Positions 35,972-44,733 of a stretch of 54,018 bases of DNA are shown here, piece after piece. The notes beneath the pieces were generated by a model that did not search any database, was not told the DNA's origin, and saw only the letters and a program-made list of their open reading frames with translations. Origin of the DNA: Cytophagales bacterium (GTDB lineage: Bacteria > Bacteroidota > Bacteroidia > Cytophagales > ES-bin-26); the NCBI GenBank assembly GCA_014379925.1, contig JACMKY010000006.1, forward strand, positions 1-54,018, read 5' to 3'. The position numbers were made by a program, and so were the translations under genes. Every line of letters starts with the position of its first letter. Within the stretch, counting starts at the first letter, position 1.

Positions 35972-36397
35972 CTATTTCTTTGCGTCGGATATTTTCTTGT
36001 ACAAACGCCAGATGTGCTGGCTATCTTCGTTGAACACCTCCACGTTGTCCATGATCTTACGAACCAGAAACAGTCCGACACCCCCTTTTTTTCCCTGCTG
36101 GATGATGTCGTGGATGGAGGGGTCCTGGTAGCCTTTCAGGTTGAACAGGTTGTCTCCCTTGTCCACGATTTCGAACAAAATGCCTTCCGGCTGGTTGCGG
36201 ACGTTCAACTCAATGGTATCGTCTTCGTTGCCATTGTGGGCGTGGACAATCATGTTGGAGCAGATTTCGTCTACTGCCAGCACCACCTGGTTGATTTCAT
36301 TCTCGGTCAAAGACTGGTTCTTCAACACGTTGTTCACGAAATCCCGCATCCCCTTGAGATTTTCGCGCGAACAGAAAAATTTGTAATTATAGCTCAT
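35972..36397 (-). CDS. anti-sigma regulatory factor / RsbW-SpoIIAB-type serine kinase (HATPase_c_2)
   Basis: ORF track gives 35972..36436. I start at MSYNYKF (ATG at 36395-36397). N-box AVDEICSNMIVHA, G-box GGVGLFLVRKIMD. Overlaps the STAS gene stop by 11 nt. Confidence 0.85.
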   Translation of the reverse strand: MSYNYKFFCSRENLKGMRDFVNNVLKNQSLTENEINQVVLAVDEICSNMIVHAHNGNEDDTIELNVRNQPEGILFEIVDKGDNLFNLKGYQDPSIHDIIQQGKKGGVGLFLVRKIMDNVEVFNEDSQHIWRLYKKISDAKK

Positions 36398-36731
36398 TGA
36401 CAATCGACAACTTGGCTGCTTCCTTCGAAAAGGCAATCGTAAGCAGCTGGTCCAGACCCAAAATTTGAAATACGTCCAAGATCTTGCTGCTTACGCCAAA
36501 CAAAGCAATGGAAACGTGGTGATCTTCGAACTCTTGTAAATAAGACATGAACACCCCCAAACCAGCGGATGAAATATAGTTGAGTTGGCTACAGTCCACC
36601 AGAATTCGCTTTTCATTGTTGACGAACGCGTGCTTGAGGGCATTGTCCAACCCAATCGAAGAACTGGCATCCAAGTCACCATTGACCGCAATCACGTGGA
36701 ATGTATCTTCGTTCGATACCTTAATGTCCAT
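36387..36731 (-). CDS. STAS-domain anti-sigma-factor antagonist (RsbV/SpoIIAA-like)
   Basis: 114 aa. DLDASSS...LVDCSQLNYISSAGLGVFM contains the conserved phosphorylatable Ser in the ISSAGLG context. Confidence 0.88.
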   Translation of the reverse strand: MDIKVSNEDTFHVIAVNGDLDASSSIGLDNALKHAFVNNEKRILVDCSQLNYISSAGLGVFMSYLQEFEDHHVSIALFGVSSKILDVFQILGLDQLLTIAFSKEAAKLSIVNEL

Positions 36732-37004
36732 AAATTATCTACGGAGTTGAATACGTTAAATGAACGGATAAGTTACTGCATTCGGGGAAATTAACCAAGG
36801 TAACCGCGTGGTTGCCGTCGGTGTACGTAACATTGCCGCAATAAAAGCATTTTTTTCGGTCGTTTTAGGGGCAGTTGAAACAATGCCCGTGGTTCCGGAT
36901 CGGCAACTCCCGTCACCGCCCGCGTAAACCGCCCTGCCAGTCTTGGTTGAACCCGTTTGATGGTTGGGTTGTTGGAAACAGCAACCTGACCCCCCTGCAC
37001 CGCC

Positions 37005-38696
37005 ATGATCCCCACGGTACCTGACCAACCCACGGATCCCAGTGATCCTTACACCCGAACCGCCCAAATCTTTCCCAAACTCACCGACCACCAAATCAAC
37101 CGGGCCAAACCCTTCGGCGAAGTCCAATCCCTGAAGAAAGGAACCGTCCTCTTCGAACCCGGGGAGCGCAGTGTAGACTTTTTCATCATTTTGAAGGGTA
37201 GTATTGAAATCTACGAATATGAAGCGGACGAAATCCGCGTCATTACCGTTCACGGAGAACAACAATTCACGGGAGAGTTGGACTTGTTCAACGACCGGGA
37301 AATTCTGGTGGGTGGCCGAATGGAAACGGACGGGCAGGTCATTCGGATCAACAGAGCCGGGTTTCGCCGATTGATTGTCGCCGAACCCGACGCGGGGGAA
37401 ATCATCATGCAGGCCCTCATTCTGCGGCGGGTAGGACTCATTTCTCACCAGCAGGGATCGGTAACCCTGGTAGCCTCTCCGCAATCGGCCGACGCGCTGC
37501 GCATTGAGCGTTTCCTGGAACGCAATGGTTACCCTTTGCAAATCCTGGATTTTCCAGCGGCAACCAGCCAGCGGCGGCTGGATAAGTTTGCGGTTAGTGA
37601 GGGAGATTTGCCGGTGGTACTCATTCCCAGCAAAGGAGAGCTGTTGCGCAAACCATCCAACCTGGAGCTGGCGCGATCCCTGGGATTGGTGGAGCAGATC
37701 CGGCCGGATCACACCTACGACGTAGCCATTATCGGCGCGGGCCCGGCGGGGCTTTCCGCCGCCGTCTATGCCGCCTCCGAAGGATTGAGTACCATTCTGG
37801 TGGAGTCGGAAGCACCCGGCGGACAGGCCGGTACCAGTTCCAAAATTGAAAACTACCTGGGATTTCCGCTCGGCATTTCCGGTCAGGCGCTGGCCGGTCG
37901 GGCGCAGCTGCAGGCCCATAAGTTCGGTGCCACCATTGCCCTGCCCTATTCAGTGCAATCGCTGGATTGCACCGTCAAGCCCTACCGGGTGGCATTGGAT
38001 CAACCCGGTCGGATAAAAACCCGGACGGTAATTATCGCTTCCGGAGCGCGCTACCGCAAACTGAACGTAGCGCACGAAGCGCAATTCGACGGGGCGGGCA
38101 TTTATTACGCGGCCACGGCGATGGAAGGCGAAATTTGCAAGAATGAAGCGGTGGTGGTGATTGGCGGGGGCAACTCAGCCGGGCAGGCGGCCGTCTTTCT
38201 ATCGCGTTTCGCCAGCCACGTGCACATCCTGGTGCGCAGCGAAAACCTGGCCGCTAGTATGTCAGATTACCTGATCCGGCGCATCAGCGCCGCCAATCGG
38301 ATTACCCTGCATCCCTTTACTGAAGTCATTGCCTTGGGAGGAGACCGGTATTTGGAGGAAGTAGTTTGGAAAAACCACCGGACCGGCCATACCAAACATC
38401 ACGCAATCCGTCACTTGTTTCTCATGATCGGGGCCGTACCGAATACGCAGTGGCTGGGCGATTGCCTGCAACTGGATGAGAAAGGCTTCGTTAAAACGGG
38501 CCCCGACGCCGCTAACCGGGACGCCTGGCCGCTGGAGCGTCCGGCAATGATGCTGGAAACCAGCGTACCGGGTGTTTTCGCGGCCGGTGATGTGCGTTCC
38601 GGTTCCACCAAGCGCGTGGCTTCCGCCGTGGGGGAGGGCGCGATGGCAATCAGCCAACTTCACCAGGCCATTGCCGAATGGGGAGATAATCCATAA
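37005..38696 (+). CDS. cyclic-nucleotide-binding-domain protein fused to a thioredoxin-reductase-like FAD/NAD(P) oxidoreductase
   Basis: 563 aa. cNMP-type beta-roll (KKGTVLFEPGERSVDFFIILKGSIEI), FAD motif IIGAGPAGLSAAVYAASEG, NAD(P) motif VIGGGNSAGQAAVFL, C-terminal GVFAAGDVRSGS. No CxxC where TrxR has CATC (YYAATAMEGE instead). Confidence 0.9.
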   Translation: MIPTVPDQPTDPSDPYTRTAQIFPKLTDHQINRAKPFGEVQSLKKGTVLFEPGERSVDFFIILKGSIEIYEYEADEIRVITVHGEQQFTGELDLFNDREILVGGRMETDGQVIRINRAGFRRLIVAEPDAGEIIMQALILRRVGLISHQQGSVTLVASPQSADALRIERFLERNGYPLQILDFPAATSQRRLDKFAVSEGDLPVVLIPSKGELLRKPSNLELARSLGLVEQIRPDHTYDVAIIGAGPAGLSAAVYAASEGLSTILVESEAPGGQAGTSSKIENYLGFPLGISGQALAGRAQLQAHKFGATIALPYSVQSLDCTVKPYRVALDQPGRIKTRTVIIASGARYRKLNVAHEAQFDGAGIYYAATAMEGEICKNEAVVVIGGGNSAGQAAVFLSRFASHVHILVRSENLAASMSDYLIRRISAANRITLHPFTEVIALGGDRYLEEVVWKNHRTGHTKHHAIRHLFLMIGAVPNTQWLGDCLQLDEKGFVKTGPDAANRDAWPLERPAMMLETSVPGVFAAGDVRSGSTKRVASAVGEGAMAISQLHQAIAEWGDNP

Positions 38697-38766
38697 TTCA
38701 GCCGGGTTTTTGCGAATAAACCAGTGGTTACTCGTACTTTTCGGATTCCTACTTCAGCCCTTCCGG

Positions 38767-39963
38767 ATGAGCCTACCCGAAAAGATCAAGCAACTCGCCA
38801 GCCGATACGCCGCGGAAGCGGTTGCCAACCGCCGACACCTTCACCAGCATCCCGAGTTGTCTTTTCAGGAGTTCAACACGGCCCGGTTCGTGGCCCGGCA
38901 ACTGCGCGCCTTGGGTATCGAGCCGCAGGAAGGGGTAGCCAACACGGGTCTGCTGGCCGTTATCCGGGGGCGGAATCCCGACCGCCGGGTGATTGCCCTG
39001 CGGGCGGATATGGACGCGCTGCCCATCGTGGAGGCCAACGACGTGCCTTATCAATCCACCGTTCGCGGGGTAATGCACGCCTGCGGCCACGACGTGCACA
39101 CGGCTTCGCTGCTGGGAACGGCCCGCATCCTGCAAACCCTGAGGGAGGAATTCGAAGGAACGGTGAAGCTGGTGTTCCAGCCCGGCGAAGAAAGGCTTCC
39201 CGGCGGTGCCTCGCTGATGATCAAGGAAGGGGCGCTGCAGAATCCCGCTCCCAGCCGGATGATCGGCCAGCACGTGGCACCCAACATTCCGGTGGGCAAA
39301 ATCGGCTTCCGCGAAGGCATGTACATGGCCAGCACCGACGAACTGTACGTGACCGTGCGCGGCAAAGGCGGCCACGCCGCCATGCCCGAAACCCTCACCG
39401 ACCCGGTGCTGATCACTTCGCACATCGTGGTGGCCCTGCAGCAGATTATCAGCCGGAATTGCAGCCCCCGGAACCCGTCGGTGCTGTCGTTCGGGAAAGT
39501 GATCGCCAACGGGGCCACCAACGTGATTCCCGACGAGGTACGTCTGGAAGGAACGTTCCGGGCAATGGACGAGGGGTGGCGGGAAGAAGCCCACCGGAAG
39601 ATGAAACGGATGGCCGAAGGAATGGCCGAAGCCATGGGCGGTTCCTGCGAATTCACCATCCTGAAGGGGTATCCCTTCCTGAAAAACCACCCGGAGCTGA
39701 CGCGCCGCCTCCGGGAGTTTGCCGTTGACTACGTGGGAGCCGCCAACGTAGTTGACCTGGACCTGTGGTTGGCCGCGGAGGATTTCGCCTACTATTCCCA
39801 AGTGGTGGATTCGTGCTTCTACCGGCTGGGTACGCGCAACGAAGCGAGAGGGATTGTCTCCTCCGTTCACACACCCACCTTCGACGTGGACGAACACGCC
39901 CTGGAAATCGGCACGGGCCTGATGAGCTGGCTGGCCATCCGGGAACTGGAAACGGAAGGGTGA
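38767..39963 (+). CDS. M20-family amidohydrolase (N-acyl-L-amino-acid amidohydrolase / hippurate hydrolase-like)
   Basis: ORF track gives 38572..39963. ATG at 38767 gives MSLPEKIKQLASRYAAEAVANRRHLHQHPELSFQE. Metal-ligand motif MHACGHDVH. Confidence 0.92.
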   Translation: MSLPEKIKQLASRYAAEAVANRRHLHQHPELSFQEFNTARFVARQLRALGIEPQEGVANTGLLAVIRGRNPDRRVIALRADMDALPIVEANDVPYQSTVRGVMHACGHDVHTASLLGTARILQTLREEFEGTVKLVFQPGEERLPGGASLMIKEGALQNPAPSRMIGQHVAPNIPVGKIGFREGMYMASTDELYVTVRGKGGHAAMPETLTDPVLITSHIVVALQQIISRNCSPRNPSVLSFGKVIANGATNVIPDEVRLEGTFRAMDEGWREEAHRKMKRMAEGMAEAMGGSCEFTILKGYPFLKNHPELTRRLREFAVDYVGAANVVDLDLWLAAEDFAYYSQVVDSCFYRLGTRNEARGIVSSVHTPTFDVDEHALEIGTGLMSWLAIRELETEG

Positions 39964-40065
39964 TGGGTGCCAAGTGTGCGCGTGACGGAGCAATGCCCCG
40001 CTTTTCAGGCATTGCTCCGTCACGCGTTACTAAAACAGGTACCGTATTTTTTTTATTATTCCGGT

Positions 40066-41073
40066 CTAGGCCGTGTCGTGGTTCTGCAAATCGTAGAGGA
40101 TCTCCTTCAGTTTGTCGATGTGGCGCTGCATTTCATCCTGTTTTTCCACGTTAATGGCTGCCCACTGGGTAAAGCCCCGGGCCTGGTTGTCCACTTCCAT
40201 TTTTCGCAGCAGGTGCTTGCGCTCTTCCATCATCCGCAGGGCTACCCACAAGGTCGTTCCGGCCGTTTCGGCCTGTTTCACAATCAAGTCCCGTTCCGTG
40301 TACGCGTGCCCGATGTGACACCGGTAACGGGGGATCACATCGTCCTTGAGTTTCCACAATCCTCCCCCGCAATCCGGACAGGCAAACACACTTTGAGCCA
40401 CACCTATTTTCTGAACGTCGTCGATGCCGACGGCCGTGTGTTCGGCAATCTGGGATTCGGCCATCACGTCGGCCGGTACCGGCTTTTTCTCCCCCGTTGC
40501 CTGCCCGATGATGGTGGCGATCAGCGGTCCCAGGCCGGCCAAGGCCGCTACGTGGTCCACCTCCATGTGGTTGAGCACCGAAACGGGCATATCCGGGTAT
40601 TCCGCCTGATTGGGGTCTTGAACCAGGCAGGTGCCGCCGCTTCGCTTAATGGCCCACATCCCTGAGGTGCCATCATCCATGAGTCCACTGAGGATGATGC
40701 CGATGGCCCGGGAACTGTAGGCCACGGCGGCCGAGCGGAACAGCACATCAATGGAAGGCCGAAAGCGGTTCTCCTCGGGGCCGGCACCCAGGAGGAACTT
40801 GTCGTCCTTTATCAGCAGGTGCTGGTTGGGGCGGGCTACGTAAATATGGTCTCTTTCCAGCGGGGCACCGTCGGCCGCCAGACTGCACGACAAGGAGGTA
40901 AACTGCTTGAGGCGATGCACCACAAAGTCGCCGATGCCCTTCCGGGACAAGTGCAGGACAATGCAATAGGCAACATCCTGGCCCTTTTCCAAGTGGTAAA
41001 CCAGTTCGGTCAGGGCGTTCAGTCCCCCGGCCGAGGCACCAATGACGACGATGAATTTGGGAGAGGTAGCCAT
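40066..41073 (-). CDS. stand-alone CheB-type protein-glutamate methylesterase domain protein with C-terminal zinc-ribbon/helical extension (no receiver domain)
   Basis: 335 aa. VVIGASAGGLNAL (catalytic Ser), ILSGLMDDGTSG (Asp), then CPDCGGGLW...YRCHIGHAY and a helical tail. Confidence 0.88.
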   Translation of the reverse strand: MATSPKFIVVIGASAGGLNALTELVYHLEKGQDVAYCIVLHLSRKGIGDFVVHRLKQFTSLSCSLAADGAPLERDHIYVARPNQHLLIKDDKFLLGAGPEENRFRPSIDVLFRSAAVAYSSRAIGIILSGLMDDGTSGMWAIKRSGGTCLVQDPNQAEYPDMPVSVLNHMEVDHVAALAGLGPLIATIIGQATGEKKPVPADVMAESQIAEHTAVGIDDVQKIGVAQSVFACPDCGGGLWKLKDDVIPRYRCHIGHAYTERDLIVKQAETAGTTLWVALRMMEERKHLLRKMEVDNQARGFTQWAAINVEKQDEMQRHIDKLKEILYDLQNHDTA

Positions 41074-41136
41074 GGCGACTGTGTTTTAATTAACCTAAGC
41101 AGGCGTGATTTCCCGTCGGGGTAGGCGTGGGGGTTG

Positions 41137-44100
41137 TCAAAGACCTCCCTTTGCACTGGTTAGACCAAAGTGGACGGTAAAGGTGGTGCCTTCCCCTTCC
41201 TGGCTGGCCACTTCGATGCGGCCCCCGTTGTTGTCCACGATGCGCTTGACCATGTAGAGGCCGATGCCCGTGCCTTCCACGTGGTCGTGGAATCGTTTGT
41301 AAATCGAGAAGAGCTTGGCTACCTGCTTGGGGCCCAACCCCAGGCCATTATCGGCCACCACCAACACCGGCTTTCCTTCCACGATCCGGAAAGTCAGGTG
41401 CACTTCCGGTTTCCGCTCGTCGGAGCGGTATTTGATGGCGTTGCTCAGCAGGTTGTAGAGGATGCTGCGCAGGTTTTTACGGGCGTAAAGGAGGTGTTCG
41501 GTGTCAATGTGCAAGCGGATGCGGGCCCCGGACGCGGTGATCGGCTCGTTGAGGTCAGCCAAGACTTCATTGAGCAAATCCCGGAAAGGAACCGGCTCTC
41601 TTTCCACGTCAACGTCCCGCTGCACTTTGGCAATCTCGGTCAAATCCCCAATCACGCCCAGTAGTTTGACGACGGAAGCATCGGCCATTGCCAGGGCCTT
41701 GCCCGATTTTTCGTCTAACTGACCCACTAGCCTTCGGGAAAGCAGCTCCAGCAACCCTTTCAGGGTACTGATGGGGGACCGCAGGTCGTGGGAGGCCGTG
41801 TAGACGAAGTTATCCAGGTCCACGTTGGTGCGCGTGAGTCGGCCGTTGGCCAGACCTAACTCGTTGGCCAGCGCCTGGGCTTGCTGCCGGCTTTCCTCCA
41901 CCACTTTTCGGGCCTGCACCAAATCAGTGATCTCGTAGAAAGTCACCATCATCCCCTCCTGCCGTTGCTGATGGCTCAGGTAGGGCATCACCCTCACCTG
42001 GTACCACCGTTCGGTCGTGGCCTGCACCTCCCGGGTAAGCGTCTCCCCGCTGGCGAGGACCCATTGGAGGTCCTCCATCAGGGTGTCGAAACGGATGTTG
42101 TTGGTCAGGTGGTGCAGCGGCCGGCCGATGTCGTTCTCCCGGAGGTTGATGTGCTCGGCGGCAGCCGGAGAAAACTTTTTCAGCCGCAGGTCCCGGTCGA
42201 CGAACAGTTGCCCGCTCATGTTGCTGCGGAAGTAGTTGTTGAGATCGTCGTTGAGATCGCTGAGTTCCCGAATTTTCACCTGGTATTCGGCATTGATGGT
42301 TTGCAATTCCTCATTGACCGACTGCAGTTCTTCGTTGCCGCTCTGCATTTCCTCGTTGGCCGACAGCAGCTCCTCGTTGAAGGACTGCATGTTCTCACCC
42401 AGGGCTTCCATCTTCTGAGAAGCGTCCTGCAAGCTTTCCCGGCTTTCGCGGAGCGCTTCCTCCAGGTAGGCCACGTAATCCCGGGTGTGCAGGTCGACAT
42501 CAAACGGTTCGGACGCCGGGCTCCCGGTGGCCGGCAGGGAATCGGGACCCAGCAGCACCAACAGGAGTGGCTGGCCAGTCTTGGTCAAAAAGGGCTTCAC
42601 CAACAGGTGAACGGTGGCGGCTGGATGAAGGTTGTTGTGGGGGGATACCTCGTGGGGGGCCGCCCCACGGATTCCCCCGATGGCTACCGGTTCATTGGAA
42701 TCGACCGCCCGTTTGGCGGCGGTTCCGAAAGCCACCAGCAACGCCGGGGGTAAGAGCTCCATCAAGTTGGGAGTAAACAACTTGGGCAGCAGGTAGGGGG
42801 TGAGATCGCCGAAAGCCTGCACCACCCGCCGCTCTTCATCCAGGCAGACGCCGGCCTGCCCGTAGTGGCTCACCAAAGCTTCGATCACCGATTCGGACAA
42901 GTGTCGGTTCGGCGGGGTGTTGCCCGGTGCCGAAGCCGCCGTCGGCCTGGGCGGCGCGGGTGACGACCGTTCTTCGGTCTCCAGCAGCGAGAAGCGCTCG
43001 AACTGAATGGAGCGGGAAGAGGCGGTTTTCTGGTATATACGCCACTTCCGGTCAACTTCCAGCAACTGGGGAGCCAGCAACTGGGCGTTCTCGCTGGCGC
43101 CCAGAAACAGGTAGCCGTCCGGACGGAGACCGAAATGCAGCAGGTCAAATACCTTCTTCTGCAGCGTCGGACTGAAATAGATGAGCAGGTTGCGGCAGCT
43201 GATCAGGTCGATGTTGCAGTAGGGTGGATTCTTCACCAGGTCATGGTGGGCAAAGATGAGCATTTTGCGGAGGTGGTAGCGGACCTTGAAGCCAGCCGGC
43301 TCGGGGGTGAAGAACCGCTCCAGCCGTTCCGGGGTCACCTCTTGAGCAATTTTGGCGTCGTAGGCGCCCTTGGAGGCGATGGCCAGGGCGTCGTTGTCCA
43401 AGTCGGTGGCAAATATCTTTACCTCCCGTTGCTGCTGGGTTTTCTCCAGGTACTCGACCATGAGCATGGCCAGTGAGTAAGCTTCCTCGCCGGTGGCGCA
43501 GCCGGCTACCCAAATTTTCAGCGGATCACTGTCCCGGCCTACGATGGCGGGGATTATGTCGCGCTCAATCACCTGAAAGGCGGCCGGGTCCCGGAAGAAG
43601 GTGGTGACGCTGATGAGGAAATCCTTGGCCAGGGCTTCCAGTTCGGCGGGCTCCTTTTGCAGGTAAGCCAGGTAGGCATCCGGGTGGCCGAACTGGTGCA
43701 GCTTTATCCGTCGTCGGATCCGGCGGAAGATGGTGGGACGCTTGTAGTCGGAAAAATCCAGGGGGAGCTGGTGCTTGATTAATTCCAGGATGGCCACCAA
43801 GGTGCTTTCTTCCAGCGCTTCGGTCGATAATTCACTCCCCTCCGGAACGGGTTGGTGAACCGACTGACCATTGCCTTTCGCCTTGATGTGTTCCTGGATG
43901 GCAGCCGGCATGGCTTCCAGGGGCAGCACGGCGTGGACGGCGCCCGTGGCAATGGCGTTGGCGGGCATCGTACTAAAGCGGGCGGTGGCGGGATCCTGGG
44001 CAATGACCCAGCCACCAGCCTGGTGAATGGCTTTGACGCCCCCGCTGCCGTCGCTCCCCGTTCCCGACAGCACCACGCCAATGGCTTTGTCGGCGTGGTC

Positions 44101-44451
44101 GGCGGCCAGGGAAATGAAAAAGGCATCGATGGTATTGTGCGGCCTGGGCATTTCCCCTTTGTTGGTGAGCAGGAGCCTTCCCTGCCGGACGGTGAGGAAG
44201 ACGTGGTTGGGAATGACGTACACTTTATTGGCTTCCAGGGGCGTGCCGTGTTTGGCCAGGCAAATCTCCAGCCAGCTATGCTTGTTGAGCAGTTTGGCCA
44301 ACCGGCTCTGGTGTTTGGACGACAAGTGCTGGATGACCACGTAGGAGACCTGGCCGAGGGGGGTATGGTCGAAGAAGGAAAAAAGCGTCTCGACTCCCCC
44401 GGCCGAGGCACCGATGGCGATGATGTGTTGGTGAACAGTATACCTATTCAT
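41137..44451 (-). CDS. CheB-CheR fusion / PAS / histidine kinase multidomain sensor
   Basis: ORF track gives 41137..44511. I start at MNRYTVHQH (ATG at 44449-44451), giving 1104 aa. Domain order: CheB methylesterase (IGASAGGVETL), CheR SAM methyltransferase (IWVAGCATGEEAYSLAML), heptad coiled coil (NEELLSANEEMQSGNEELQSVNEELQTIN), PAS, H-box (ASHDLRSPIS), HATPase (DNGLGL, GTGIGLYMVK). Confidence 0.9.
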   Translation of the reverse strand: MNRYTVHQHIIAIGASAGGVETLFSFFDHTPLGQVSYVVIQHLSSKHQSRLAKLLNKHSWLEICLAKHGTPLEANKVYVIPNHVFLTVRQGRLLLTNKGEMPRPHNTIDAFFISLAADHADKAIGVVLSGTGSDGSGGVKAIHQAGGWVIAQDPATARFSTMPANAIATGAVHAVLPLEAMPAAIQEHIKAKGNGQSVHQPVPEGSELSTEALEESTLVAILELIKHQLPLDFSDYKRPTIFRRIRRRIKLHQFGHPDAYLAYLQKEPAELEALAKDFLISVTTFFRDPAAFQVIERDIIPAIVGRDSDPLKIWVAGCATGEEAYSLAMLMVEYLEKTQQQREVKIFATDLDNDALAIASKGAYDAKIAQEVTPERLERFFTPEPAGFKVRYHLRKMLIFAHHDLVKNPPYCNIDLISCRNLLIYFSPTLQKKVFDLLHFGLRPDGYLFLGASENAQLLAPQLLEVDRKWRIYQKTASSRSIQFERFSLLETEERSSPAPPRPTAASAPGNTPPNRHLSESVIEALVSHYGQAGVCLDEERRVVQAFGDLTPYLLPKLFTPNLMELLPPALLVAFGTAAKRAVDSNEPVAIGGIRGAAPHEVSPHNNLHPAATVHLLVKPFLTKTGQPLLLVLLGPDSLPATGSPASEPFDVDLHTRDYVAYLEEALRESRESLQDASQKMEALGENMQSFNEELLSANEEMQSGNEELQSVNEELQTINAEYQVKIRELSDLNDDLNNYFRSNMSGQLFVDRDLRLKKFSPAAAEHINLRENDIGRPLHHLTNNIRFDTLMEDLQWVLASGETLTREVQATTERWYQVRVMPYLSHQQRQEGMMVTFYEITDLVQARKVVEESRQQAQALANELGLANGRLTRTNVDLDNFVYTASHDLRSPISTLKGLLELLSRRLVGQLDEKSGKALAMADASVVKLLGVIGDLTEIAKVQRDVDVEREPVPFRDLLNEVLADLNEPITASGARIRLHIDTEHLLYARKNLRSILYNLLSNAIKYRSDERKPEVHLTFRIVEGKPVLVVADNGLGLGPKQVAKLFSIYKRFHDHVEGTGIGLYMVKRIVDNNGGRIEVASQEGEGTTFTVHFGLTSAKGGL

Positions 44452-44498
44452 ACAGCGTTGTATTGGTCGGTATACGGTGAATTGCCACCGGCAGCTAA

Positions 44499-44641
44499 CA
44501 ATGCGAATCAAGGATTGAAAAAGAACACTCCGCTAATTCCCAAAGAGGACATCAACCGCTAGGTAAAAGCCCCCTGCAAGGAATTGGAGGATAATTTGGC
44601 GTAATTTCGACGCTTTTGTTGCCAACCCTTGATTCGCATTG
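44499..44641. repeat. 15-bp perfect (19-bp with 1 mismatch) inverted repeat bracketing 113 bp upstream of the CheB-CheR kinase gene
   Basis: CAATGCGAATCAAGG (44499-44513) and CCTTGATTCGCATTG (44627-44641). The interior is AT-richer and has no convincing ORF. Confidence 0.75.
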
Positions 44642-44733
44642 CGTTTGTAAACGTTTAAAACAAATTTCTCGGAAAAATTCCGAACATCGCTCCTGATTTC
44701 CTTTCTGCTCATTCTACCGCCAACCACCGAGCC

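Noticed and set aside
42230-42420. DNA-level tandem repetition inside the CheB-CheR kinase gene as a possible independent repeat element.
   Set aside because: It corresponds exactly to the in-frame heptad coiled coil (NEELxSxNEE...), which I recall as typical of this protein family. It is a coding feature, not a mobile or regulatory repeat.
44533-44727. 64-aa minus-strand ORF between the ThuA-fusion gene and the CheB-CheR kinase gene.
   Set aside because: No motifs. It lies inside the inverted-repeat-flanked AT-rich segment and is more plausibly promoter or leader DNA.
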